From the NCBI GenBank assembly GCA_043228905.1, contig JBHGNT010000006.1:22444001-22508000 (forward strand): a stretch of 64,000 nucleotides of DNA, given 5' to 3'. This document shows positions 36,922-49,200 of this stretch, piece after piece. A program made the translations under genes and the position numbers. How positions within the stretch are numbered: the first letter of the stretch is position 1; each line of letters begins with the position of its first letter. This stretch comes from Azolla caroliniana (taxonomy: Eukaryota; Plantae; Polypodiophyta). A model generated the notes under the pieces. That model worked only from the letters and a program-made list of their open reading frames with translations, made no database searches and was not told where the DNA came from.

Positions 36922-39900
36922 TTCTCCGTGCTGCTAGATAACAACTACGAGCATAGATTGACACATGCGTGATATTTGTCATATTCTCCATGCGTGATAT
37001 TCTCAATATTCGAGAATACAAAATGGCCCTAAGAAAATTTAAAAACCATTCGTTTTGTAAAATAAATATACAAAAAATTAATTAATTAATTAATTAATTT
37101 AAAAATAAATAAATTTAATTCACTAAAAAAAAGAACAATTATTCATTAATAAATTATAAAAATATGAATAGTATAAACTCTCCTTTCTAGTGTCAAATAA
37201 AAAAAGAGGAGAGTTTATGAACCTTTATTTTATTTAAAAAAACGAATATTTTTATATTTACTATGAAAACATGATTAATGTGAAGTCTCAATTTTAATGT
37301 CAGGTAAAAATATCCATAAATTTTGGGAAAAGAAAAGGTGAAGAATTAATGAACCTTTCTTTTATTTTTTTTATTTATTAAAAATAAAACGAAAATTTAT
37401 TTTATTTTATTTATTTATTTAGTAAAGAATCAAGATCTCCAATGAAAATTTATTACTATCAAGTCTCTCTCAACTCTCTATTTTATTATCCCCTTTTTAT
37501 TGTCAAGTCCCCCTTTTTTTCCTAAGAAACTAAAAGGAGGGAGTTCATCTCCTTTTTTTTCCTTTTTTTTAAAAACGAATACTTGACCACACGAATGTAT
37601 GCGTATTCGTTTGCATTCGAATGGAAAATCCCACAAATGCGAATATGTCAATCTATGACTACGAGTATATACCTAATCTAGATCAACCTCTCAGCATTGA
37701 TACCATGTTAGAAATATTGAGAATCGATTAGATAGATATATAGAGTTACAATCACCGAGATGGATATATGAAAGCAAAACTTCTATTACATAATAGAGTA
37801 GCTCACAATGGTAGTTCTTCTATGGGCTCACACTTTAAAGCTTAGATGGCATCTGGGCCAACTCACTACAATATTAGTTGAGACTAATGATCATCACACC
37901 ATTGTGTAAGAGAGTGGATTATATTCTCTGTTTGGTCAGAGTGTAATATCAAATGTGCATGTTAGTTGATAGTAGTGGAGATATTCCTCTCAACTGACTT
38001 GTCATTTAATATGACCCAACTCCCTAGATACAAGGTAGTGCTACATAGTACTCATCTTAAAGTCAATGACACATACTTTAAGACTAAGTACATTGTAACT
38101 TGACCACAAAATATTCTTCTAGTGGACTTGATTAGCCAATCCTATTAGCGTACTTCGCTCTTTCCTAAATGCATTGTGTCCTATGTATCTAGGGGTTCCT
38201 AGATTGGCACCTTATCGACCCATATGGTTGAGTTGCAGAATAGCAACTCCTCATTTGGGGCGCTATCACAAAATGTGCACTCTTATGGGGATAGATTTAC
38301 AACTTGGGGTTGATCATTGTTTATATCTAACAACCACCAAGGTTTGAGATGCCGAATTCAGAAAACAAAGTCTACAAGCTGAAGAAGGCTTGTATGGTCT
38401 AAAGCAAGCACCAAGAGCTTGGAACAAGAGGATAGACAGCTTCCTACGATCAATCAAATTTAAGCAATGTGCTTCAGATGCAAGTATTTATGTCAAATGA
38501 AGGACGGGAAACAATTCATCATCATCATTTACGTGGATGATGTAGTACTTACTGGTGACCACTAAGAGTGTATTGGCCAAACACAAGAGTGTTTGAAAAC
38601 TGAGTTTGAAATGACAAACTTAGGGATTCTACACTACTTCCTTGGAATTAAGGTTTGGCAAATCTCGGTTGGCATCTTCATGTCACAAAGAAAGTATGCA
38701 ACAGAGATCTCGAAAACCTTTGGGATGATAGACAACAAGTTGAAGCCAAACTGCAAGCTATCCCAAGAAGACCCGTCACCAATAGTCGACATAAGGAAGT
38801 ATAGACAACTTGTAGGAAGTCTAATTTTCCTATGCAACACTAGGCTAGATATTTGTTTTGCAGTCGGTGTGGTGGTTGATTCAACAACAAGCCGAAGGAG
38901 ACTCATTGGAAAGCTGCACTACGTGTATTAAAGTACATTGTGGGTACTTTAAATTACGGAATCTTCTACATGCTGACAATTGACGAACTTAGTGGGTATT
39001 GCGACTAGTGATTCCAGAAAATCAGTTTCTGGATATTGTTTTTCAATGGGTTCTGGAACTGTTTCATTCAGTAGTAAAAAACAACCAACAATGGCAGTAT
39101 CTTCAACGGAGGTGGAATACAAAGCGGCATGCAAGGTAGTTTGTCTAAGAAGAATCCTTATGGATGTGACGGTTCCAATAAGGACAGCAACGGTATTGAG
39201 GTGTGACAATCAGAGTTGCATGGCCATTGCCAAGAACCCCGTATTTCATGCACACACTAAAAACATAGAGATTCAGTATCACTATGTGCGGGAACTAATA
39301 AATGATGAGACCGTGGAGCTTGAGTACTGTCTGATATCAGAAAATGTTGCGGATATCTTCACAATGGCGCTTGGAGCAGAACAGCTACAACAACACCTTT
39401 GACGACTAGGAGTTGGCCCAATTCCAAGTCAACTCAATGGGTTGACCATTGACGGGGCGTGCTAGATATAATCAATGATCAACCCCAAGTTGTAAATCTA
39501 TCCCCATAAGAGTGCACATTTTGTGATAGCGCCCCAAATGAGGAGTAGCTATTCTGCAACTCAACCATATGGGTTGATAAGGTGCCAATCTAGGAACCCC
39601 TAGATGCGTAGGACACAATGTATTTAGGAAAGAGCGAAGTACGCTAATAGGATTGGCTAATCAAGTCAACTAGAAGAATATTTTGTGGTCAAGTTACAAT
39701 GTACTTAGTCTTAAAGTATGTGTCATTGACTTTAAGATAAGTACTATGTAACACTAGCTTGTATCTAGGGAGTTGGGTCATATTAAATGACAAGTCAGTT
39801 GACAGAAGAGGAATATCTCCACTACTATCAACTGGCATGCACATTTAATGTTACACTCAATCCAAACAATATAAACCTCTCTTACATAGTGGTGTGATGA

Positions 39901-42900
39901 TCATCAGTCTCCATTAATATGCAATGAGCTGGTCCAGATCCCATCTAAGCTCTAAGGTGTGAGCTCATGGGTGAACTACCATTGTGAGCTACTCTCATAT
40001 TTAATAGAAGTTTTGTTTTCATATATCCATCTCTGTGATTGTAACTCTCTATATATATCTAATCGATTCTCAATATTTCTAACAGTTTCGATGGCGATTT
40101 TGCTGAATAATATAGATAAAAATTCTTACCTTATGCATATAATATCTTTTAGAGAAAATACCAAATTTTGTCTCAAAATGTCATTATTTTTCCAATCGCC
40201 TTTCCTAACTCCTAAAAGAGAAGTCATATGTGCTATTTAAACGTTTATGTGGTAAAGTCTGTTTATTTTTTAAATTATGTGTATTTTGATCAATTATATT
40301 GTCAAGTTGTCACCTTCTTTTCACTTTTTGTGGTTGATGAATGTGTTTTTGGGTAAGGAGAAACACGCAGACACACTTCTGTTCAAAGCAGATGTAAGTG
40401 GTTTGACATGCATGGCCTCATCCAGGTTAGCAAGAAATGCTTAGTGAAATAGCTGATAAAAAAACGACAACGTGGTAGAAGTCATTGGATGAAATCTATG
40501 TTCAATAAATATTTAAAGCAAATAAATTTTCTTTGTTTAATTTAAGATTATTCCCCAACAATATTTTAAAATTCTAGAATGGAAATGCCACGGCACATCT
40601 CTCATCTCTTGATGAATGTGTGTAATTTATAGGATTCAGAAGAGGTATCTTCCTATTTGTTTTTTTCATTTTGTCTGAGCTAGAGTTCAATTGTTGAGAA
40701 ATGCACATAATAGCTTATTTGATTGAAATTCCCCATCAAGAATGCGTATCTCTTATCTTGAGACTCTGAAGATTGATAAGAACTACATGAAGCATGCACA
40801 ATACACATCCTCATCTAAAACCAGATGTCTAATCATCCAATGTCTTAGCATTGACTAAGCTATCTTCCCTTCAGCCTTCCTGGGTATACTGTGTGCTGCA
40901 GTTCTGCCTTGATTTTAGTCACTGTCTATTGAGATTGACTGGAAAAAGTTTTGTTGCAGGAGGGTTTGGGATGCCTTATCTGGGGATGAACTCCATTCCT
41001 TTGAGCATAAGCACATTGTTCGCAGTTGTGCATTTTCAGAGGTATTCTCTCAAAATATTTTGTTTTTGTTTATTTTTCTACATCTTACACTTCAAGGTCT
41101 TTGTTAGTAATTCTGCATTTTCTTATGGAAAATGTTATTTTTTTAATGCATTTGTTTTTACAGTTCTATTTGTGTGTGCATTAAACCAAAATGCTCTTGC
41201 AATGACCTTGAAATACGTATTTTGTATTGATGGCTTCAATTTTTGTTGTCTACTTTCTTGAAGGGCACTACGTTCTTGCTGACTGGAGGTGCTGAGAAAG
41301 TGCTTCGGATTTTTGATTTAGGGCGTCCAGATGCTCCCCCTGCAGAGATTGAGGGTTCTCCTGGCTCAATAAGAACGGCTGTCTGGCTTCACAGTGATCA
41401 ATCTCTACTGAGCTCTTGTAGTGATGCGGGTGGAGTTAGGTACTGCATTGCAAGTCTTTTTTGGCATTTTGAGTCATTCTTGCAATACATCTGTGAAGAA
41501 GACACATAAAGGCTTGGTTGTGCACGGTGCTGATGTATGTTGTTTCCCTCAAGCAAGAAGTGCTATGTGGAGATAGCCTATTAGAAATATTCTCATCAAT
41601 TGGTGTTCTACTTTCTATAGAGATGATGTGGGATAAATTGTAAGCACTACTGTACTTAAACTGGAATGTTTAAATGAGGAAAATATATCAGACTTCAATG
41701 TGCAGAAGCGTTATGTGGAGATAGATTATTATCAACAATTGGTCTTCAACCAGATGCCATAGGAAGGGTGTTAATAAATTGTAAATCTACAATGTGAGAG
41801 CTAAGGTTATAAAAGAGTATTCAATTAGTTTTCTGCTCAACTATATTAGTGGCAATTACTTTTCATAGCCTTGTAATTTATTGTTTGATTATTTGCATTT
41901 TGAGGATCCATTTGGTTATTCTGCACTTTATGTATAAGGCTATTTTTCTCAAGCTTGTGTGCTTGATATAGGCTTTGGGATGTCAGAACCAAGACAGTTG
42001 TACGTAATCTGGAAACAAAATCTCCCTGCACAAGTGTAGAAGTTAGTCGAGATGGCCGCTACATCACCACTGCTGATGGAAACAGTGTCAAGTTTTGGGA
42101 TGCTAATCAGTAAGTTGAACTTTCTCAACCTCAAAAAAATAAATATTCTTGGATGTACCTGTATAGTAGATTGATAGATATATAGACATTTTTTAGCGTC
42201 CATAGAGAGGCCAATATTGACCCATAGGACCTAAGTACAAAAGTTATCTTGATGTGTCTCCTTCCTAAGAAGGGATATTCATACTTTGAAGCACCAAGTC
42301 TTGGTGTGCGAATAAGGCATGCACATATGAGCTTAACCTTCTAGGTGTTCTCTTTAGTATGATACTCAAGTTGTCAACCCCTCTTAATATATCATCATAG
42401 CTTTCCCGAACTGCACTATGTGCAGAGCATGTAAAAAGCTAGTGATATTCATCCTCTACTAGCCCTTCCTTGCATACCTTACATGTCTTCATATTTGGCT
42501 GATTTTGCAACTTCAATACCTAGGTTGTGTGATTGAGTGCGAAGGAATGTACGGGCTCTACGAGAGTTAATACTCATGTTAGTAATGAGGTGAGGTTGAA
42601 TATGATCAATTGGCCTTCTTGCCTTACAAAGAATCCAACAGTCAGTAGTATTGGTAAGGGAGGAAAATCTATTAGAGGAATAATTCTGAGTGTTGAGATG
42701 CATGAACTGCGTTACGTAATCCATTTACAAAGTACTATTAAAAGTAATGATTAATAATTAAAATTCATGAGCTGTAGGACAGAATCCATTTAAAAATTTC
42801 TTCTAAAAATAGTAATCAATAATTAAAATGAGGAATAATTCTGACTGTTGAGATACATGAACGGCGTTACGTACTCCATTTACAAAGTACTATTAAAAGT

Positions 42901-44738
42901 AATAATTAATAATTAAATTTCATGAGCTGTAGGACAGAATCCATTTTCAAAATTCTTCAAAAAATTGTAATCAATCATTAAAATCCAAGCCCCAGTCTTT
43001 GTATGTGCCCAGAATGATCAACGTTACAAATATATGATCAACTCTATTGGTAGAGGCTCTGTGGATGTGTCTGCAATGAACTCTATTACGATCTAACTCA
43101 ATATGGTGTCCAACTCTGTAACTGGTATCTCTATTTTATCCCAATGAATAGAACTGTTGAAACACCTATTTGCATGCAGAAATTGTATATTTTGAATCTT
43201 TTTTCAATTTCCTTCTAATTCACTGTTAACTGTTGGACTGTTGACTGGGCATAAGTAATGTTTGTATTTCTCAACCTCTTTATGTTAGTATCAACTTGTG
43301 TATGGCATAATCTGACTGTAGTTATGATCCTCCTTTGTTTGCCTCAATCTCTAGACTTGTCAAGGTAATTTTTCACATGGCTAATCCATGATTTAAGTAG
43401 TTGTGGACACTTGTACCCATTAAGAGCTTAGGTTCTCACTCCCACATAAAGTTAGACCCGTCATGTGGTTCATTCATGATTAAAGCTGCCGTTGACAATT
43501 GTACTCGTTAATAGCCTAAGTTCAAATTCCCATGAATCTAGGATCGATCATGGTATCCTATCTATTCTTTTGGTGCATACCCACCGAATATATGCCTCAA
43601 CCGGAAGAGAAGCTTCTGTAATAAAGGGCTAAAGTTTTCGCGAGGTGCTGGGACTATTGCTACATGGCACCAATTATGCCGTGTTTGGGGCCAAATTTCA
43701 GATCTGATCCTACATCATAGAACATGGCTACAGTGATGTCTATAAACGTGAGTCCATCTTGTTTCGGTAAGCTTGATGATGTAGTCCTTATCTTTTTTGT
43801 CTCTTTTCTTTTGATATATTTATTTTGTGCATCCTCTAACATTACTTGACCGAAATATCCTACGTACTCTTTAGATACTTTTGACAGCTATCTTGTTTAG
43901 ATTAAATTTGATTTATTCTATAACCGTTGATAATGTTGAAACGGAAGTTGATCATCAATGAGCTCGTCAGTGAGTTGAGGTGTTATAGCTTATAGAATAT
44001 TTCACCATAATTATATCAAGGCTTTGATAGATGTATTACGCTGCTTTTATGATGAAAAACATTTCCTACATTTTTGTTGCATTTGTCCACAAAATAGCTG
44101 ACTACATTTGCCTATTACAATGTAAATTTCAGTTTTGGATTAGTGAAATCTTACACCTTGACAACACCGGTGGAATCTGCATCATTGGAACCTTTTAGAA
44201 GCAAATTCATAGCAGGAGGCGATGACATGTGGGTTCGGCTCTTTGATTTCCACACAGGAGAGGAGATAGGTAAAGAATATTTCCGTACTTCAATAAATAA
44301 TGGAATAACAAAGATACATTCAGGTGAAATAATCCTCAAGTCAAATGCTAGTTATGTGTATAATCTGAATAATCTTTTCTTAAGCTACCAAGCTGGTTTC
44401 TATGTATTATGCAATATGATATAATGTAAATAACAAAGAATCATAATCTTTTTTTTATTTATGCAGAGTGCAACAAGGGGCACCATGGTCCTGTGCATTG
44501 TGTTAGGTTTTCTCCGGGCGGAGAGTCATATGCATCAGGATCTGAAGATGGAACTATTCGTATATGGAGAACAGTTGATCCCTATAATGACGAAAATGTT
44601 ACCAATCCAAATGGAATTGCAAACGACGTAAGTACTGCAGCTGTCCCAGCTGTAGATGAGGTGGTGAGAAAGGTTGAAGGCTTTCATATCAAAACAGAGT
44701 CAGAAAATGAAGAGGTGGAAAAGGGGCGTCAGGAATGA
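31864..44738 (+). CDS. STRAP: Serine-threonine kinase receptor-associated protein (STRAP/UNRIP)-like WD40 protein, ~352 aa
   Basis: Exons 31864-31981, 32494-32629, 40960-41041, 41264-41439, 41972-42109, 44133-44269 and 44467-44738 total 1059 nt in frame. Motifs [68 protein letters not shown]. Intron 2 is 8330 nt. Confidence 0.95.
35545..36445 (+). mobile_element. 5'-truncated LINE, RTEX-like (ORF2 C-terminal Zn finger + 3'UTR)
   Basis: ORF 35596-36237 [15 protein letters not shown]...ERICQLC...[10 protein letters not shown]; ends in a T/C-rich tail. Clade assigned from motif recognition only. Confidence 0.8.
36952..37657. mobile_element. hAT-type MITE inside the Copia 5'UTR
   Basis: TIR CATAGATTGACA...TGTCAATCTATG; perfect 8-bp TSD ACTACGAG (36944-36951, 37658-37665); AT-rich non-coding interior. 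Confidence 0.92.
37706..38332 (-). repeat. 5' LTR of the rearranged Copia (inverted relative to 39460-40084)
   Basis: TG...CA termini; followed on - by PBS TGGTATCAATGCT; reverse complement aligns end to end with 39460-40084. Confidence 0.95.
39460..40084 (+). repeat. 3' LTR of the rearranged Copia
   Basis: TG...CA termini; preceded by PPT-like GACGGGGCG and RNase H ([24 protein letters not shown]). Confidence 0.95.
42290..42670 (-). mobile_element. Second, divergent RTEX-like LINE 3' fragment in STRAP intron 5
   Basis: Minus strand reads [12 protein letters not shown], then after a frameshift [30 protein letters not shown]. Confidence 0.75.
42675..42984. repeat. 155-bp tandem duplication (2 copies) in STRAP intron 5
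   Basis: 42675-42829 vs 42830-42984, ~92% identical by eye. Confidence 0.92.
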
Positions 44739-46208
44739 AACCTTTCTTTATTACTACTCCTGGGCCCCTGCTTTGGATTGGCACTGGTTTATATGTTTGT
44801 TTCCAATGATTATGTAAGTGAATTTTTGACAAAGTGTTATGCTTTTTGAAAATGTAAAGCACTTCTCTTTTTTGGGTTATGTTGGTTTAGGTATTTGTTT
44901 ACAGATATTTGGTGGACTCACCACTAAATATTGACAAGAGATCATGCATACAAGGTGTATGACATGTTTATAAATTATATATGTGAGTTTGTATATCTAT
45001 GGTTACAGCATTTGCGGCAACCTCTATTATGTTATGCTCATTGCATCGAACGCGAACCACATCCTCATATTGGCAAATTTCTGTCATGTGTCAAGATGTC
45101 TTCTATAAGAAATGCTGTATATCTATTGACACAAGCGTTTACCGCAACATGTATCCAGTGAAGCTAATGTTGAATGTTGTGCCTATATGATTATGTGTAG
45201 CCTTACAATTGACTTCTTTCCCTATTTGAGAACTATTTCTTATGTGGATCTTACCCATTTTGTTCCTTGAGCATAATGAGAAGATAAATTTACCAATTAG
45301 GTCATTTGGTTTCTTGCTAACGCAAACATCCATAATAATTATCCATTGATGAAGATTAAATACAATTGGTTATAAACTCTATGTGATGACTCGATATTGT
45401 TTTCAGCTGTAAATTCACTTAGTTCAACTCTACGTTCATACCATCAAACTTTAGTTCAACTGAAAAATTCTTTATATGGGTTGTATACTATGGGATATAA
45501 TCAAATAAAGTTTATGCCAACACTAATATATACAATAATTATTCATACAACTGAATTCTAGTCGTCATCTCATTTATCATTTTTTCTCATTATCTTACCA
45601 CTTATCGTTTCAATACCTATGTCTTTCATCAATGCCAATGTGATTGTTGTATAATGGATTACAGCTTAAGTTTAGTACTCTTGAGACTGAATAGCCCTTA
45701 AGCTGTACCCTCCACAATCCATGGTAAAAAATGATGATATAAATAATAATAAAAGACGTGATCGAGGAGAAAAAAGACCTAGACAGTGGAACTATATATC
45801 CTTTGTTGCACATCTTATTCATGCATTGATCTGATTTCTTTACATAAGGCAATGCATTAAGTGGTTTTTTTGGATATGAAATTTTCCGGATCTCATATAA
45901 TATAGGTAAGTACTCTTCTTCCATGACCATATGACATAGGTGAATGAAATAGGAAAAATCCTTGTTTCATCCTTAACTCAGATGTAAGACATTACAATCA
46001 GCGACAACAGTACTCTCATACAGTGTATAATTTGGTAGCGACATTGTGATAAAAGTACTCTCAGTGAGTCTGTATATTTCCACAAGAATTGCAGTGTATG
46101 TCAAAATTGTTCTGCGGGATTTCATTCCAGCTTTGAAAATTGCCTTCCGGCCAGCCAAAATATGTCATGAATTGCATAAAAAATCAACAGCAATTATGGC
46201 TGATCAAA

Positions 46209-49200
46209 TTAAGCACCTGTGGATGATCATAACTCATTAGAAACTTTTTGTACCATTCACCTAAACCCGAAAGCCTTGAGTCTAAAACTAAACCGTAAGT
46301 GGTTTATAAAACTTTTACCGAAACCCCTTAATGGAAATTAAACTCTTTACAAAACCTATTCCTAAGCCCTCCATAAACATAACCATATTCCCACGAAACC
46401 GCTTTATGAAACATCTTAATGAAAAAAAAAAGTTTCATCAAACCTATATTACCCTAAACCTTTCATGAACCTATATACCCTAAACTTTTCAGGAACCTTA
46501 AACCTTAAACACTTCATGATACCGAAAATCAAAACTCCAAATCCTTTAAGAATCCAAAAGCCTGAGCCCTTTATGAAACCTAAGAGTAATGCTAAATAAC
46601 CAATGACTCCAAACCAATAAACATAAACCAAAACCCCAAACACTCACTGAAAAACTAAAGCTTTTTACCAGAAGGCTTGGATTTCCACATCCATTCTTGA
46701 TTCGGCACACCCTGTGCAAACCCAGAATATTTTGAACATGAAATGACAATATAAGGATCACGTGCTGAAAATAAATTTGGTTTATATGACTCACCTGTTG
46801 TTGAGCTGCTGGAAGCCACTGTCCCATTCGAGCTTGGTCAGGTATACTGTTGGATGATGGAGCTTGCAAGAGCACCTGTGCATAGTCCACAGCTTGAAAT
46901 TTACATCAGGCAGAACTTGAACCTCAAGAGCACCCTATATGCAATGCCATTGTGTAGGTTCTAGTGTAAGGGTGTCTAATCACAACCTATATGCAGTGCT
47001 TTTGATCATCTAATTTGAAGAAGGCTCAGAATTACAAACCCTCCTCAATTTCTAGTTCAAATGAAAAAGTTATGGTTTTTTACTCTAAAAACTAATTAGG
47101 TTAAAGTGATCTCCATCTGTCATCCTTGTGCTAAAGGACTTTTTGAAAAACATTTTTGTCCTTAATGATCTGGAAATCTTCGCTCAATAAAAATGTGAAA
47201 CATCAAGCGTTAATTTGACTTCATTAAAAAGTAGGAGCCCTTGGCCCAACACCCAAGCCCTAATTGGACAAACATTCCCATCATCCAAGATCACAAGTCT
47301 GTTTTCTGGTTCACATTCAGGCAATTTTATCACATTTTGAAAGCAACTAATTCAGTGTAAACTACAATTCTGAGTGAATTTACAAACCCAAGATAGATGT
47401 TTTAACTTTTTTCATGCATGAGACCACAAGATCAGATCCATTTATGAGAATTATTAGAGATTTAGGAATGCAATAGCAAAATGCAACAGTCATACAAAGA
47501 ATCATATTGTTGTAAACTGTAACATTGAAATCATTCATTCACTGGTAAATTGTAATAGATTACTGGGATTTAAACCAAGACTGCAGATCAATAAAAATAC
47601 GATTTACCAGAAAGGTGGTAGACAGACTGAAAGACATATTATATAAACAAGTAACAACGGCACGTCCATAACATGAGAACTAACGATCATATAAAAGTTC
47701 ATACATTATAAGAAAATAGGAAATATACCGGCTGGTTTGGCATTAACTGCTGCTGATGGGTGGGAGTGGAAGTTTGCATCTGAACACAACCATTTTAAAC
47801 AAAGACTAAGTGATTTGGAACCACAGACAGCATACAAAATCAGATCAAGTGAAATAATACCTGGATTGGTGGTTGATATGATCCTCCCGCAGCAGTTTGT
47901 GGGTATTGCTGCATCACAAAATAATATGACACGGTTATAGGCAAGGGAAATGTGCATGGTAATTCATGTTCTTTTTACCATTTCTACTGGAAAAAGATGT
48001 TATATACCTTCCACATTAAATAATTCATGGGGAAGGAGGTGGGGGTTTTTTATTCCCCCCAATGCCCCTAAACTTAGGTTATTTCCAAAAATACCCTTTG
48101 GCAACTCTTTAAAGAGAAATTACATGGTCAGTTTATGCTTTTTCCTCGATGATATCTGCTATTTGACCAATTAACCGGTCAATTAATCAACTTTCTCTCT
48201 TTTTGGGGATTTCAGCAATTACGTTTAGGCCAAATATGGAAATTCCAGAGCATTGGGGAAATAAAGAAAACTCGAGGGTATTTCATAGTATTTCCCATAT
48301 TTAAGTCTATAAATTATGAAGTACTTATGCATACCAATGGAGCTGCAGGAGACTGAAACTGTGGTTCTCGTGTTTGGTGCTGAACCAGAATATGTTGCTG
48401 CTGTTGCAACTGAGGCTGATGATACTGTTGAACTTGTTGAACTTGCTGAGTTTGTTGAGATGGATTTGGCATCGCCTGACTAGTTGAAAGGTGGTGCTGA
48501 GGCTGAGGATTTAACATGAGTGGCTGCCGATATTGCTGAGTTGCAAGCTGCGGTTGTAGCTGTTGTTGGTCTTGCAAATTGTTCTGACCCTGTGGTTGTT
48601 GCTGATGATGATGATGATGATGATTGGAAAGTTTCACTTGTTGCTCATATGCTGTTAGCTCCTCTGGTTTCTCCCACTACAGAAAAAACAAACCATGAGT
48701 CCATCATGAAATATACTAATCTTGCAGAAGCCAAATGAACACTTCTTACCCTGCTTTCACCCGTAGAACTGTTGTAATAATATTTGTGACCTTCTGGAGA
48801 TGTATGTTCTGTCCAGTCACACGTGGCAGTTGCCGGTGCTGGGGCAACAGGAACAGGTACTGTAGTGGGTGCTGGAACTGAAGTGGCAATGTGCTGTTGT
48901 ACAGGAATGGTCCATGAAGGCTGTAACATGAGAAAATATACAATTAATGTACTGTCAAAAAAACTGTAAGGTGTACGATGAAAGCTTGTAACAAGAGATC
49001 ATCCCTCCATCACAAGAATGAACATTTAATTGGGACGTGAAGGAGACGTATATATGACCCCAACCCCTCTTATTGATTGTGGAATTATTACCATCTTGCA
49101 CTTCTTCCATTCGTGGCCTTGTCCATACACCACTATGATGTGGGTATGGGATGCCGTCAATGTATGCTACAGAAGATCTGAATCCTGATATATGGGCCTT

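Larger units (their letters stand above)
33338..40084. mobile_element. Rearranged Ty1/copia element with inverted LTRs in STRAP intron 2
   Basis: INT and RT N-half on - (33338-34797); Zn knuckle, PR (DSGAS) and GAG-pre on + (34798-35544); gag N-terminus on - (36446-36890); PBS and 5' LTR on - (37693-38332); RT C-half and RNase H on + (38333-39410); PPT and 3' LTR on + (39460-40084). Confidence 0.92.

Noticed and set aside
43590-43775. Exon-like stretch ending in TCG|GTAAGC in STRAP intron 5
   Set aside because: STRAP is complete without it and I found no convincing acceptor; unsupported without RNA data.
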